The notes beneath the pieces are model-generated. The model did not search any database, was not told the DNA's origin, and worked only from the letters and a program-made list of their open reading frames with translations. Below are positions 1-13,639 of a DNA stretch of 64,000 bases, piece after piece. Source of the stretch: Lama glama (lineage: Eukaryota); the NCBI GenBank assembly GCA_028534125.1, contig CM052816.1, positions 67,148,001 through 67,212,000 on the forward strand, in the 5' to 3' direction. Both the position numbers and the translations under genes were made by a program. Within the stretch, counting starts at the first letter, position 1, and each line of letters starts with the position of its first letter.

Positions 1-1469
1 CGCAGCATCCACAAACATACCTGAAATCCTTCCCCAGTCCATTAAAGGGAGCTGGAACAACACACCTTCTGCCCCATCACAGCCCTGGGATTGCTCTGGA
101 CTCTTACACAAGCTGAGTAGAAGCCACAGAAGCAGCCAATGATGTCTCACTACCTGAAACCAGCCACCAAATCCTAGACCACCTGTGCCTCCTATCTAAA
201 TAGGCCTGGCCCCAGCCACCCACACCAGGAAAACTGAGGCAGGACCCGAAGGCCAGGGAAGGCATAAGAGACACTTTGTGAATTAGTAATGTGTTTAATA
301 TTTTAATGGCTTATGACTGCATACGGCTGATGAAGGAAAAAAAAAAACAACTAATTCTTAAGCTGTAGGTGTTTGGTCCTGCCTGAGAGTTTGATACTTG
401 GTTTGTGGACTGTGTTCCTGTGGCTACTTTAAAAAGAGGAATGCCTTAATCTAGGCTGGGATTTTATATGAAGCCCTATGTGAAGAAACCTAGAAAGTGC
501 TCGTATCATCAGTGTTTAAAGGTGGAGGGGAAGGAAGACCATGGAGAATAATCCCAAATCCCTACAGCTTCCTCACATACCTTGCTTATATAAGAATGCA
601 TGTCCCAGTCTAGCAGCTGAAACCAGAAATAGTCTTGCCCTTCCCACCTCTCCACAGATGCCAGGCTGCTGCAGAATCATCATTCTGTGTGCCACACAGT
701 CTGCTCTTCCTCCGCACCTCTAGGCGAGTTCACCTCAGCTCTTCTTTCTGTTGGTCTAGCACCACTTGATGGAAAGGTCTATCATATCAAAGTGGAGGAA
801 GGGGGCAGCCCTCCACGTGAGGCTACTCCCTCCTCTTCCTCTTCCAGACCCCACGGCTCAATCTTACTTCCTGCTCACTGCCTCTTTCGTTGTTGCCAAA
901 TGAGGTAGGGGAAGAGGAAAGGAAGGCACACACCTGCTCCAAGGCTACCCAGGGCCCCTGACTCTGCTGCTCCCATTCCAGCACTGAGAGGACAGTGCAG
1001 AGGAAAGGAGGAGGGTCCCAGAAGCTGGCAGCAGAGGAAAGAAGAGAAGAAAGACTCCACCTCTCTCTTTCTCTCCAAACTGGTTTCTCACCGGCTCAGG
1101 CTCCTTTTCTGACCATGTAGCTCTCCCTCCAGCCTTCTCCCCCTAAGCTCTGGTAGCTGTGGACTAACCATTGCCACCCACAGCCCAACCCTTCCTCAAG
1201 TTTCTGCAACCTGCCCTAAGAGTCGACTCAAGCTGGGGAAGGCCAAGCTTCTCAGCACTGATAAAAATTGGGAAGACGAGCCCTCGGGCAAAGAAGCTCC
1301 TATATCAAAAGCTGCTCTGTGTGATGAGGGGGTACCATGGCAGTGAGAGAAATCACATCACAGTCAAAATCATTGGCAGTGATAGTGGTGGACTGTCATC
1401 TGTGCGATGATTACAACCATGGTGCACACGTCCTGCTATGGCGAAACGTGCTCTAAGCTCCAAACTCAC

Positions 1470-1515
1470 CGAACACCAAGTGTAAAATGCCAAATAATAC
1501 AGTAGCGCCAGGCTT
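1470..1515 (-). other. Candidate 46-nt internal exon of an unidentified minus-strand transcript
   Basis: Minus strand reads cccctgttttctttAG|aagcctggcg...ggtgttcg|GTGAGT: strong polypyrimidine acceptor and consensus donor; several CpGs retained nearby. Could be a pseudo-exon. Confidence 0.35.
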
Positions 1516-1519
1516 CTAA

Positions 1520-3170
1520 AGAAAACAGGGGTCTCCTGCCCTGTCCCTTCCTATCTTGAATCCTAACCTCAAGAAACAACCACTTTCAGCCCTTTCAGCT
1601 TTTTTCTTTAGTAATTACCTCCATATTAGTAATCACTAGGCTCATACTGCTATCACCTGATTTATCAAGTTCAACATTTTCTTTTGACCTCTCTTTAAAA
1701 GGTAAGGCTTTAGGAGTTCTACCTTTTCCCCATGCTATCTCAACAAACACATGGATATACACACATTATTTCTATATCTTCTTAATAATTATGGAGGTTT
1801 TTTTATTGACTCAAACTTCAGTTTATATATTAGATACAAATATACATATTTAAATATAATAACATCTAAATATTGTCAACATCTGAGCCTGGTAGTATAG
1901 ATGACTGTATTTCCTTTCTTGTACAACTGCCTTGTTTTTCTCTGAAGTTCGTCACCTCCTATTTTGTTGTCGACTTGCTTCTCTATGTACCTATCACTAT
2001 GCACAATCTACCTATCATTATCTCCAAATTCTCTGCTAAAAATATGGCACCTTTCAATTCGTTCAAGAACATCAGACAGTCTATGAGTTGTATCTTACTT
2101 GGAGAGCAAAAGATTCTTTTTGGAACCTTCTCTATTGTTTGTCCAATCAGGAACAGTTACTCTCTAAGTATGCCACACAGATGCCATTCAAGGCTTCCCT
2201 CCACTGCCATCCATGGGATTACCTGACTCGATTTCTTCTATTGCAAACTCTTTTCTTGGGTAACTTATCATCTCTCTTTGTTTATTCCACTGTTGTGGAG
2301 GAGCATATGCTCAAGCAGCTTTCTGAGAAAGGGTACAATGGAGACAAACTTTTTGAAGCTTTGCATCTCTGAAAATAGATTTATTTTCCTCTCATTAATA
2401 GATTGGCTGGATATATTACTGCTATCTGGAATAGGGCTGGAAAACAGTAGAACATTTTACTTCTAAATTTTGAAAGCACTTTCCAGTGTCATTTTGCTTC
2501 TAGTGCTGCTATTGAGAAGTCAGAGCCATTTTTATCCATTAATATTTCTACTAATCTTTCCCTCTTTCTAATTTATGAAAAAATATTCTACTTATCTTTT
2601 ATTTCCAATTTTCTAAAATTTTACAGTGCTATGCTTTATCATAAACAATTTTTCACTCAGTGGGCTAAGCACAGAAAGCATAAGACCTTTTCAGTCTGAA
2701 GGCTCATGTTTATCTGCTCTTCCAAATTATCTTATTTATTAAAATTTTTCCTTTTCCCCCCCTTCTCTTTTTTTTTTGGAATTCTAATTTACCAGATGGT
2801 AGACAATCAAGATTGATCTTCTAATTTTCTTACTACTTCTCTACTTTCTGGGAAATATCTCAACTTTAACCTTCTAAAACTTTTCACTGAATTGTTTCAG
2901 CCATCGTATTTTTGCTTTAAAAGTGTCCTTTATCCCTGAATATTCCTTTTTATAGCCTATTGTTCATAGACATATATATCTTTTCTTGTCTCTTGGAAGA
3001 CATTAATTAAAAGATTAAATTCTATGTTTTCTTTCTTTTTTGTCTTGTTTGCTTTGCTTTGTTCTTTGATATTCATGCTGGAGATTTTCCTCTACTACCT
3101 GTTAATTTTTGGCTGTTCATTCATATTTAAGTTCTGATTCTTTAAGGAGTAATATTGATGCTTTGCCCAG
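1520..3170 (-). mobile_element. Ancient, highly decayed LINE-1 (L1M/L1ME-type) fragments
   Basis: Long T-rich stretch with motifs typical of antisense old L1 (e.g. gctattgagaagtcagagccattttt, ggaattctaatttaccagatggtagac). Boundaries approximate. Confidence 0.5.
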
Positions 3171-4335
3171 CTGCCGTGAGATGCTTTTATACTGACTGTT
3201 GTGAGGTGGAGGGGTTTGGCGATAAAGCCACGCTATGTGGGATCTGAGAAGACATCCTCGCTTCACTTCCTCCTCTTCCTGGCCTGCTGCCCCATCTCCT
3301 TTATTTGTCTCCCATGGGAGCAAGTCCTCCATGAGCCAGCTGCACCCAAGCACTTATCCCAGGATCTACTTCTCAGGAAACTCGTCCTATAACATATTCT
3401 AAAGCCCTTGCTCTTAATTATAATGTTATCCTTCCAGAAGAGTCTAGCTCTGCCACTGCACACAGTGCCAATACAGTAGGTATCTAATATATGTTTGTTA
3501 AATAACTTCTGCAATAAATGTTAAGAAATGACAGGTCATTTGAATAAAGTAGATGGGAACCCATTTTCTCTTTTATATAGATACCTGATGTTGATACATA
3601 AAACACATGACAATTATCTGTCAGAGAATTTCAAAGATTATAAGCTTCCAAAAAGGAAGATGTAATCAAAAATTGTCAAAACAATCTGTTACCAAATGAA
3701 AAGCAGAGTAATAAAAGGCAAGTCAAAAATTGGCAGACAGAGGTAAATTCTAAAGTATCTGAATAGTGTATCAGAAAGCTAAAATTGGTCCCATCTTAAT
3801 AAACATCATAACACTGAGCATTCCCATATTTAATTTCATAAATTTTAAATTTCTGAAAATTTTTAAAAACACACACTCCTGGGTTCTCTGAATTTTGTAC
3901 CCACACACATATACATACATACGAATTCACCGCCTTCTCTTCATTATGAAGTCACACACAGTCAGAAAAAGAACACCTAACAGTTTACAGAAGTTATTCA
4001 GAGCTGATTTAAATGGATTCTCAATAATTATTCCAAACTTGCCTGGGACCATCCTGAGCATTAAAAACCACAATCTGTTGCTAGTAAAATATTAGGATCA
4101 TCATGGATTTTGGTTGTCAAAAATATCTTATTTTTAACAAGGAATGACTGTTTTCAAGGAACAGGCACTACTGAAATTAGTTTAACTGAAAACAGTGGAA
4201 TTTTTTGGAAGGACATAGCGTATTTCCCGGTACCCAGAGAAGGTAATATGATAGAACCTCAGGAAGAATTAGAATGATTGAGAGGGACTGAGAGACATTT
4301 CGCTCTCCAGGCCCCTAGGCCTGAGTGTCTTTTAC

Positions 4336-4413
4336 CTCATGTTCGTTCTGCAGCCGACCTTCTGTGCTTTGGCAAACGTTAGCCATCTTTATATGGCTTC
4401 TTGACTCATGTGC
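4336..4413 (-). other. Candidate 78-nt exon with strong-Kozak ATG (MANVCQSTEGRLQNEHE)
   Basis: Minus strand: cataac (branch-like) ccttacttggtctttgtcAG|gcacatg...aaagATGGctaac...catgag|GTAAAA. Length divisible by 3, one open frame, 3 CpGs. Peptide not recognised. Confidence 0.35.
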
Positions 4414-4791
4414 CTGACAAAGACCAAGTAAGGGTTATGTGTCCCAATTTCAGGTTCTAGAGAGAGTGGATTTGATGGACCCAGCTGGGGAAACCCTAGT
4501 GACAAGGGAAGGATGGAGTAGCACCTTCGGTCGCTTCCTCTGGGGCCATGGGAGACATGCTCCCTGGGGATGGGAGGAGTGAGGAGGGTCTCAGTACACC
4601 TAGTACTCCAGAGGCCTGGAGAGTGAGTCATTCTGCTCAGCTGTTTTCCAGAAAGCTGAGATTTTACAGAGGCTCCAAATTATGTATAACTGTCATTACA
4701 TTTACCGCAAATCTTTTAAACGTTCATTTTAAATGTCCCTGCCTTCCTAATCAGTATTCTGTGGGCAGCTAAGCCTTTCTCTTATGACTCA
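4402..4791. promoter_or_regulatory. Cluster of three AP-1 sites (possible enhancer)
   Basis: TGACTCA 4402-4408, TGAGTCA 4624-4630, TGACTCA 4785-4791 in non-repeat sequence. Confidence 0.3.
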
Positions 4792-5349
4792 CCCATCCTT
4801 ATCATCACCATGTACTGTACTGTCTGCGACACAGAGAGAGCTGGAGAGCCTTTTGAAGGGGGCCTGCAGGGCTATTTTAACCCACAAAAAATGGCACAGG
4901 TTATTAGATTCAGTGCTGTTTGTCATCAACAGCTTCCTGTTGCTCTCAGTGTGCCTATTTCTAAAAGCCCTTCTTCCCATATTTAATTTACTACAGTTAT
5001 AATCCCTGTAGCTTCGCAAATTAAATCACCCAGGATATTTGTCACAATCCATTAGGTTGCAAGGAACAGTTAGTCATGCACTCAGGTTCCTCAGTTAATG
5101 GAGGATGATAGAAAAATCTACAAAATATTGAAGAAGTCTCAGTATTCCCAAAGCCAGCTCCCACAGGGAACTAGACTACTGTCCAGGGTAACCAGCCCAG
5201 CTCTTCCAGTCCAGTTATTGTGTTCCCTACGGGGGAGGCAGAGTCAGAGTTCTTAGGATGGGTGGGATGAGACTGTGGACCCCTTAGTGTGGCCATGACC
5301 AGGGAAGAGAATTTGGAACGTGTTCAGATGCAGCCTACCATGACTGAAT

Positions 5350-5510
5350 AATGTATTCCATTGAATTTTCATGTATACACAAATGAGCTGAGGCTCTTAT
5401 TAAATTACATATTTGGATTCAGTAGGTGTGGGTAGGGCCTGAGTGTCTACAGGTCCCACAAACTCCGAACTGGTGCCTATGATGAGCCAGCCAGAGTAGC
5501 AAGGCTATTG
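5350..5510. mobile_element. MER5-like hAT-Charlie MITE remnant
   Basis: ggattcagtaggtgtgggtagggcctgag resembles the MER5A core (gattcagtaggtctggggtggggcctgag). Confidence 0.5.
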
Positions 5511-6209
5511 GACATGCTCAGGTGTGGTCCTGCATCCCTTGTGAGGACTTAAGGGGGAGCTTCACACTGGAGGGGGCTTCCCTGGATCACACAGATGCTA
5601 GACATACCTGCCAGACTGTCAAGATGATATGGGGTGGCTTCTCTGGATGAATGAATATCTCTTCAGGCCCTTTCCCTAAAATTCTGAACCTGTGCTCTTA
5701 AAGTGAAGTAACTCAGGTTTGCCATGCCAGTACTTAGTGAGCTCCAGGAAGTGCATACACTGATCGAAAAATGAAGCCGGGGCTCCTCCAGCCCAGCCCC
5801 TCAGGTGTCCACCTTCACCACCTTATGCAAGATCTTCCCCCAACTACTCTTTTCCCCCTTTTACTCTCTTGCTACGTGCTACTACCAATCTGTTTCCTCT
5901 TTCCTCTGTCTCTGTTTCTGCTTGTACATGGCTTCTACTGCCCTACATTTCCTGCTGACACTTTTCTCCGTGTGTGAATCTGGGCCTCTATAGCCTTTTA
6001 TGTCTCTATCCCTTCCTGGGTCTCCCTATTAAACTCCCCAGCACAGAGAATCTGACTGTGTCTGTTAAACACTACCCAGTTTGGGCCATTCCATCTGAAC
6101 AGAGACATCACACCAGACCACCTTATAAACCATTGGCCTTCCATGGATAGCTGTCTTTGCCTCTAGTTTTGGCCTCTAAATAAGGTCTCACCAGATGTGG
6201 CTGGCACCA

Positions 6210-6380
6210 AGTAGCACTGTGGAAAGAGCTCAGGTTTGGAAGACAGAAGGCCTGGTTTCATAACTTGGTTACATCACTTACTATGAGCCCTTGAGCAAGA
6301 TATTGGATATTTCTGGGTCTCCATTTATTTGTAAATAAAGTTATTATTGCAAGGAATAAAATAATAATTATATAAAGCAC
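6210..6380 (+). mobile_element. MIR SINE
   Basis: gtggaaagagctcaggtttggaagacagaaggcctggtttc...cacttactatgagcccttgagcaag matches the MIR head and core. Confidence 0.6.
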
Positions 6381-6770
6381 TGGGATGGTTTTTTGACATG
6401 TCAACCTGTTCAGACTGAACTACAGTCCCCAGTTATTCAATCAAACACTAATCTAAGTGCTGTGGTGAAGAGATTTTGCAGATATAACACAATCCCTAAT
6501 CAGCTGACTTTAAATTAGGGATATTATCCTGTGTGGGCCTCAGTCAGTTGGAAGGGAAACTATCCAGGGTAGGTGGACTTAATTAACTGGGGGGCTTTTA
6601 AAAAGAACTTAGGCTTTCCCTGGTTTGGGGTGAGGAGTGAGCAGGAGAGACAGGGAGAGGCGGTCTTCTGCCTGTGGACAACAGGCAGGAAAAGAGGGAG
6701 AACCACGCCTGTGGGTTCCAGCCTGTCAGTGACCTTCCCTTCCTGATCGCCCACCCTATGGACTCAGGGC
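6381..6770 (+). mobile_element. MLT2 (ERVL) LTR fragment
   Basis: ttattcaatcaaacactaatctaagtgctgtggtgaagagattttgcagat...tcagctgactttaa is characteristic of MLT2. Confidence 0.6.
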
Positions 6771-6774
6771 TTAG

Positions 6775-7150
6775 TTATTTCCCAAGTTTCTGAGAGTCAG
6801 GAATCTGGAAGAAGCTTAGCTGGGTGTTTCTAGCTCAGGATATCTCTCATGCAGCTATAGTCCAGGTATGCATCAGGCTACAGTCATCTGCAAGTTTGTC
6901 TAGGGTGAGATGATCCACTTCAGAGATGGCTATTGGTTGAAGGCTTCAGTTCATCACCAAGCTGGTGTTTTCCCAGGGCTATCCGAGTGCCCTCACAACA
7001 TGACTCCCCCAGAGTGGGTGACCCAAGAGCGAAAGCAAGCAAGAAGTCACCATCCAAAGCCACACACTGTATTCTATTCATTAGAAGTGAGCCACTAAAC
7101 CCACACTCAAGGAGAAAGGAATTTGGTTCAATGTCTACAAAACACTTGTG
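6775..7150 (-). mobile_element. MLT1 (MaLR) LTR fragment
   Basis: agtcaggaatctggaagaagcttagctgggtgtttctagctcagg...ctattcattagaagtgagccactaa is typical of antisense old MLT1. Confidence 0.55.
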
Positions 7151-10029
7151 GATATTTAAAATCACCAACTACCCCTAGACTTCTAAATTATATGACCTTA
7201 CAATTTCCATTTTTCTCTTGAACTAGACTGAACTGGATTTCTATCACTTGCTATTACCAGTTGGGGACTTCATCACACCAACTCCTTCTCTAGCTGTGAC
7301 CTTGACTCCACATTCTAACAAGTGGAGATTTCTCCAGAGACAGATACGCCAGCTGATACACATGCTCCTTATCTTGTTTTTCTGTGCCTAAACCCCAATG
7401 CTGATAAATGCCTAGCGGTTAGTTGCTCCAGGATTGAGGCCCTACTAACTCTACCCTGATTCCCAGTAACTGCTACCCACCTGGAACTGTAAACATCTGC
7501 TTGTTCAGTGCTCCTGACATTTTGCTTTGGAATTTCTCCGTGCTGCCTGCTTGCCTATTATCAATTTCTATGTTCTTATGCTGTGCCTTTCTACCTTCCT
7601 GGATCTCTTCTCTTCACCAACGATAAGGTCTGTGATTTCCCACCACCTTACCAGTGCCTGCCTCTTCCCCAGCCATGATTATTTTCAGATAATAGTCCTA
7701 AAACTCTGGCCCATCTCTCTGCAGTTAACCCATCCATATCTGTTTGATTTATAAGACCTAATATTTTACAATTATTTTCATAAGAAATTGCTATAACTTT
7801 TAAATTTTTAAGTCTTATGAGTAGGAACCAGAATACAATATAGAAAGTGACATGAATCAAAGGATGTTAAAGCTGGAAGCTCTAGACATTACCATGCCTG
7901 ATGGTTTCCAATCTGGAGCCAATGAATATAGACAGCACAGCAATCATGAGGTTTTTTTTCAATATTAAAAAAAAAGAATGAAAATATTTGCTCACAGTGA
8001 GGATATCAGACTGACTAAAATGCCAGGGTCTTTTATTGTGCATGAAACTTTATCAAATCTGTATAATACTGTATAGTAAAACAAGAACAGAATACTGGTT
8101 CTCTATTAGTCATCAGATGCTTTGATTAATTATATGTGATAGCAGGTTCACACTTGTTAACATAGTCATATGTAAGGAAATTTCAAGACCCAAACTGAAC
8201 ATATCCAGTATGTAATTGACCTCAGATTGGAAAAGAGGGTAAGAGCAAAACTTAATAATTGGTAGCAGTTAACAGTACTAAGGGATGTATGCATTTATAC
8301 TTCATTTCTGAGATTTCATACCAATAATCTATAGTTCAGAGCCAACTATCTATAGTTATCAAGACACATACACAGTGGAGAAAATTTTTTATATGTCCCA
8401 TGGAAAGCAAAACCACCCCCTGCTGAGAATAACACTTTTACCCACATGATAAAATCTAAACTTCCATACTTGACATGGAACTGGTACTGACTGCAAATCT
8501 TCTAAGGGCGATCTCAAAAAAATACTAGTTGGAATCCAGCCAAATGACTGGAATGACCAAGAAGGAGGGAATTATCTATCTCTGGACTAAGAAGAAGAGG
8601 TCAACCAAGAAGTTGGTGACAAATTCAACACAACTCAATCTAAAGCTGTGATTAATAGGAAAGGAGGTAAAGCTGGTCAGCACCTACATTCTGAAGGCAA
8701 GCAGAAAGTGGCTCTCAGACAGAGCTTACCTTATTAGGAAGCAATACAATGATCCTTCTCAAGATCATTTTCGGTTGTCTTAGCTCAGCTCCTGCTTTGA
8801 ATTTCTCAGTTTTCTCAGATACCCTTCTCATTCTACACCTGCTAAGTTATCTCATCTACTTCAGTCATCTCAATAGCTATTTAGTGTTGATGAATCCCAA
8901 TTTCGTATTTCCAGCTCAGATCTTTTCCCTGAGCTCCAAGTATATTTCTGGTTTCTAACTGGGCATCCTACTTGTAAATCCCACAGATGCATTAAGTCCA
9001 CAAATGTAAAACAACACTCAAGCCAGAGGTATTTAAGCCAAAAATTTGGGGTGCTCCTGTTCTAGGATGAGAGTAGTATCCAGGTAGGAACAGATCAGTA
9101 GAACTACAAACCCACAGTCTATGAAAATGAGAGTGTGTCTGTGATTAGCCTCCATGAAGTCATGGGTTCAGTGTATGGGGGTGGTTGGCCTGATAAGAAA
9201 GAACAGATATGGAGTGAGCAGGATTGTGCTCAGAAAGGTTCCAGTTAGCCCTGGGTAGAAAAGTTCCCATTTTATTTCTTTAAAGAAAAAAAAATTAAGA
9301 AAAGGACCTAGAGAAAAGTTGTACATAAAAACAAATGGTACCTTTTGACATATTTGGTATCAAAACATAATATCCTATTCCCAAGCAATGGCTCCAGGAA
9401 GTTAATAACTTTGCATGCTTGTGATGCCAAGTCCATTGAAGTCAGACCACCCATCCTGACCTAAAGACAGTGTAGCCGCAGGCCTCTGACTGGATAACAT
9501 TTATATCCTGCCAAGTGGGCCCTGTATTCACATTCTAGTATCTGTTGGCCTTGGCAACTGTGCTATTGGAAGCTGCAATGAGGAACAGTGTGTCCTGACA
9601 TTAATATAACCTGAAGCAAGCTGTTCTAGATGAAGCAGCTTAGCAAGGCACAGTGACTATCACTGAAAGTGTTGACCCAGGGCTTTCTTAAAAACAGGCC
9701 CAAGCAGTAACATAAGTCATTCCCAAGAGAGCTGGCTGCATGGTTTACACTGGCTTCCACAGCACTCCCATAATACAAAGGCTCTATTTCATTATCAGTG
9801 GAGCTGCGATGTCAAAATTCAAACAGATTTCCTTCTAAACAAAACCTCCATTTTACTACTTAAGAGAATTATGATTTTTTATTAATCTCCTTTAAGGTCT
9901 ACATTTTCACAACCTAGTATAAGTAATGCACAGCCAGCATTAAATACTTATGATGGCTTTTGGAGTGTTTCAGAACTCTGTAGAGTGGTACTATATACAG
10001 TTTAGAAACCGTTACTATAGCTACTACCT

Positions 10030-10160
10030 CACATTGGGTTGGGGAAACTGGCTCCCAGAAACATTAAATTACTTGACAAGGTCACCCAGCCCGTTAGTAG
10101 AAGAGTAGAATTAAGAATCGGTCTCCTGCTTTCCAGTCCACCTCATTTTCTACTACACCT
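10030..10160 (-). mobile_element. MIR SINE
   Basis: gggaaactggctcccagaaacattaaattacttgacaaggtcacccagc is the antisense MIR core. Confidence 0.6.
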
Positions 10161-11489
10161 TGCATATGGAGTATGCGGTGTTGGTAGAACATCCAAGATT
10201 GGAATTTGAAAAGGAGAGGGAGTTTAGAGTTAGCCACCTAGGAATTATTCACATTGAGACAAGACTGGCATCCACGTTGGTAGATTAGATGGCCAAAATA
10301 GAGAAAAGAAAAAAGAATGATGGGGAATAGAAGTCAAATTATAATTCCAATTAATCTCATATCAAATTCTGATCAGATAACTAAAAATTAATTTCAGAAA
10401 ACAGGAGCTCAAGTGAAGCAGTAGAGAATTTCATGGCATATAAATGTTTCCATCAGTTTCATATTTATTCCATTCAATTACTTAACCAGCACAATGTTAA
10501 GTTTTGGGGGATACGGAGGTAAATAAATACTTATGATGTCAAGATAATCAAAAGCTACCAAGACAACAAATGAACAATGAATTATTAGGCCACAACAGAA
10601 CTACATTTAAAGTGCTAACAGAAGATAGTACTCAATTCTTTCTAAAGTTTTCATTAGCACAGATTTTGAAAATAAAACTAAATAGCCACAATTTATAATA
10701 CAACATGCAGCAGTAATTTGGTGAATGCTTAGTCAAATGTTTTATAGCAGGATGCTAGGTAGAATGGAATAATTCCCTGAAGGTGGCATAATAGTAGCAT
10801 TAGTCTCCTTCCTCTTTTCTGTTCTTCATCCTGCCTCTGAACAGAAATGAATTCTTAGGGTCATCACACCTTTGAAATACAGCCTCTGCTCTCACTAATG
10901 CTACAGCTGTCAAAATGGAAAATAGGTTAGATTAATCCCATTTATGATTCCTAAAGGGTGAATTTTTTTTCAAGACAGGAAAAAACAGTTATATTCATTC
11001 CTGGTCCATAGAATAAATACTATCTAGTATGGAGATAGATCAAAGAAATAAAAAGGTATCTGTCTGAAATGGTATTTAGCATCTGTTTAGCCAGCTGGGT
11101 TTCATGAATATTATCTGGCTATTCCTCTGCCTTCCAGCTAGCACCAAACTGTGTACTATAGTTTTCTCCCAGAAAACTGCGGAGACTAGAAACAACAGGG
11201 CTCAATGGGTGAAGGAGTGTAAACTAAAGATCCGTAAGTACAGTGCTGGAAAATATACCCCCACTTCCTGCTAGTGTAAACCCAATCTCTGTTTCATTGT
11301 ACACTCCTCTAAGTGTTTTCCACCCTTAATATGGCAACTATCCCCCAACAACCCTAGGAAGCAGGTAAGTAGGTATCATTAGATTAACTTGTACATATGA
11401 AAACTAAGATCTAACCCAGGATCAGACAGCAAATCAGGTCTAAAACTCAGTTTTATCTTTCACTAGTTCAGAAATCTTTCTTCCACATC

Positions 11490-11745
11490 AGCAGCTGGCA
11501 AACTTTTACTATAAAAGGTCAAGTGGTAAACACTTTAGGCTTTGTGAGCCATACAGCCTCTGTCTAGGATTGCCAGATTGTACACACAGAAATATAGAAC
11601 ACTCAGTTAAAGTATGCCCCATGCAATATTTGTTGTGTATCTGAGATTCAAATTTAGCTGGGCTTCCTGTTTTTATCAGGCAATCCTATCTCTGTCACGA
11701 CGACACAGCTCTGCCATTGTGGTGCATAAAAGCCACAGACCATAT
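11490..11745 (+). mobile_element. MER58-like hAT MITE interrupted by a MER53-like element
   Basis: ggcaaacttttactataaaaggtcaagtggtaaacactttaggctttgtgagccatacag ... tctctgtcacgacgacacagctctgccattgtggtgc follows MER58A on both sides of the insert. Confidence 0.7.
11565..11688. mobile_element. MER53-like hAT MITE with TIRs and 8-bp TSD
   Basis: TIRs taggattgccagat...atcaggcaatccta; TSD cctctgtc (11557-11564) / tctctgtc (11689-11696). Confidence 0.75.
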
Positions 11746-13639
11746 CTATGCCATGTCATTTGCTCTCTTTTTACTAGAAGTGGCCCAGAAAAGGGAAAAA
11801 CCAAGCATATATTATTGTTGTATTTGATTCACAGATTATTTAACAAAATAAACTTTAAATGTCATATCACTCATTGAGGACTAATTGACTCAATTTCTGG
11901 AGAACAGGGGAAATGCAAAGCATTTTCCAGGAGATTCTGGATTCACAGGCTCCTTGTATATCATAGCATGAAGTCACTTCAGTTCCTTCAGTCTCCTCAT
12001 TTTGCACATTCTAGAACTGGCATTCAGAGGCATGGTGATTTAGCCAAGGCCACACACTTGTCAGGGGCAAAAGTGGGTCTACGGCTTGAAGATGACCAAT
12101 CATTTAAACGTTATTTAAAGATTTTGATTGTCACTGGATTGTTAAAACACTGAAATCTCTGTGGCTATAAAGGTTGCCCAGGCATTATAGAACAAGTATT
12201 CCCTACTCCGATAAGTTTGAGGCACAAAAATAGTAGGCACGTATGAAAAATTAAAAGTAGATTATCCCATTTCTTGTTTTCTGAGGTCTCCTTTGGACCT
12301 ACTCCTTGTTCTGTTCAGTGTGTCACGGCCTCTACTGTCACTGCTTATCCCTGTGAATACCTGCTTCCATAGAGAATGTGCTTATCTGGGGTATGTGGGA
12401 GGTGTTACAGCCCCACAATGGACAAATGTCTGCCTGATCACAAAGGTAGTTTTTCAGCTAAGGTCACAGTTGAGGAGTCATTCTTACTAATAAATCAATC
12501 AGAACTGAACCTCTTCTATCACCTGGATGCATCTGGATGGCTACAGAGCGCCCCCACCAAGAAACAGCTGACTAAAGAAAAATGGATCGAAGCCTGGGGA
12601 GGTGTGGCTCGACAAGTGAACAACACTGAACAGATAGAGATCATGCATGTAATAAATAGCCACTATCTGCAAAATCAAAATAATGTTTGTGAAGAGACTT
12701 TCTGAAGGAGCCCGTAAGTATAGACTCAGGGATTTCTGGAAATTGTAACATTGTCCTGAAACAATAAAGTACTTTCTTAGAACAAGTGAGTGTCAAAAAC
12801 AGTGTGGGACTCACAAAAGAGGACCAGCAAAATTTTTCTATAAACAGAGAAATAAGAACCAGAATAAATGCAACTCTCTTGGTTAAGAGTAAGTAATGAA
12901 TTTGTTAACAAGGGGGAATTAGAGATTTACACAGGGACTCTACTGTGAATCACTTACACTTTTGTGCTGTATGTGTGTATACCTGAGGTCTTCCTAGAAT
13001 AATACACGTATGTGTTTGTGCATGTGTTTATATATTCTCATCTAAGATATAGGTTAACTCATTTTCAACTAACCCTCTTGATGCCTTTATAATGTCCCAA
13101 GTTAAAGGACCTTGTCCAGGTACTGCTTCATAGAAAACTGGATTACACAGACCCTATGTGACTATTACAGTCAAAATTGCTGCTGCCTAGCAGTAATGAA
13201 ACAAAACCAACAGCACCTTTACAAAATGTCAAACCTGATTTCTGATCAGATGAACACACAGGACCATATCCTCTCTTCAATGGATTTGACACTACAAATA
13301 ATACGGCACTATAAACATGCCCAATATATGTTACAAATTGAAAGTGTCATTTTGCCTTTGATTTCACTTTTAAAGTTCCCTTTCTCTCTCTTGCGCAGTT
13401 GACTCTTTTCATCTTGTCTACCCAGAATCTAAGCACTCTTCACATCTAGGGAGAATTCCAAGGCAGATGGGAGGCACCTCCTCTTGCAGAAGCAAAGGGG
13501 GAAAAATATCACCTGGCCCACTCTCTGAAAAGGTGACTTCAGCCCACCCAATGAGATAGTTTCAGGATTTTTAATGTTAAGAATGAGATGAAAAAGTTCT
13601 ATAGGTCAATGACTTAAGTCTTCCAATGGCTTCCACAGA

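Noticed and set aside
1321..1425. GTGATGA C-box-like motif and imperfect inverted repeat (accatgg...ccatggt) as a snoRNA or miRNA
   Set aside because: No D box (CTGA) at a suitable distance, and the stem is short and interrupted.
12376..12705. 109-aa plus-strand ORF followed by a GTAAGT
   Set aside because: No recognisable protein, no clear acceptor, and the donor lies after the stop codon.
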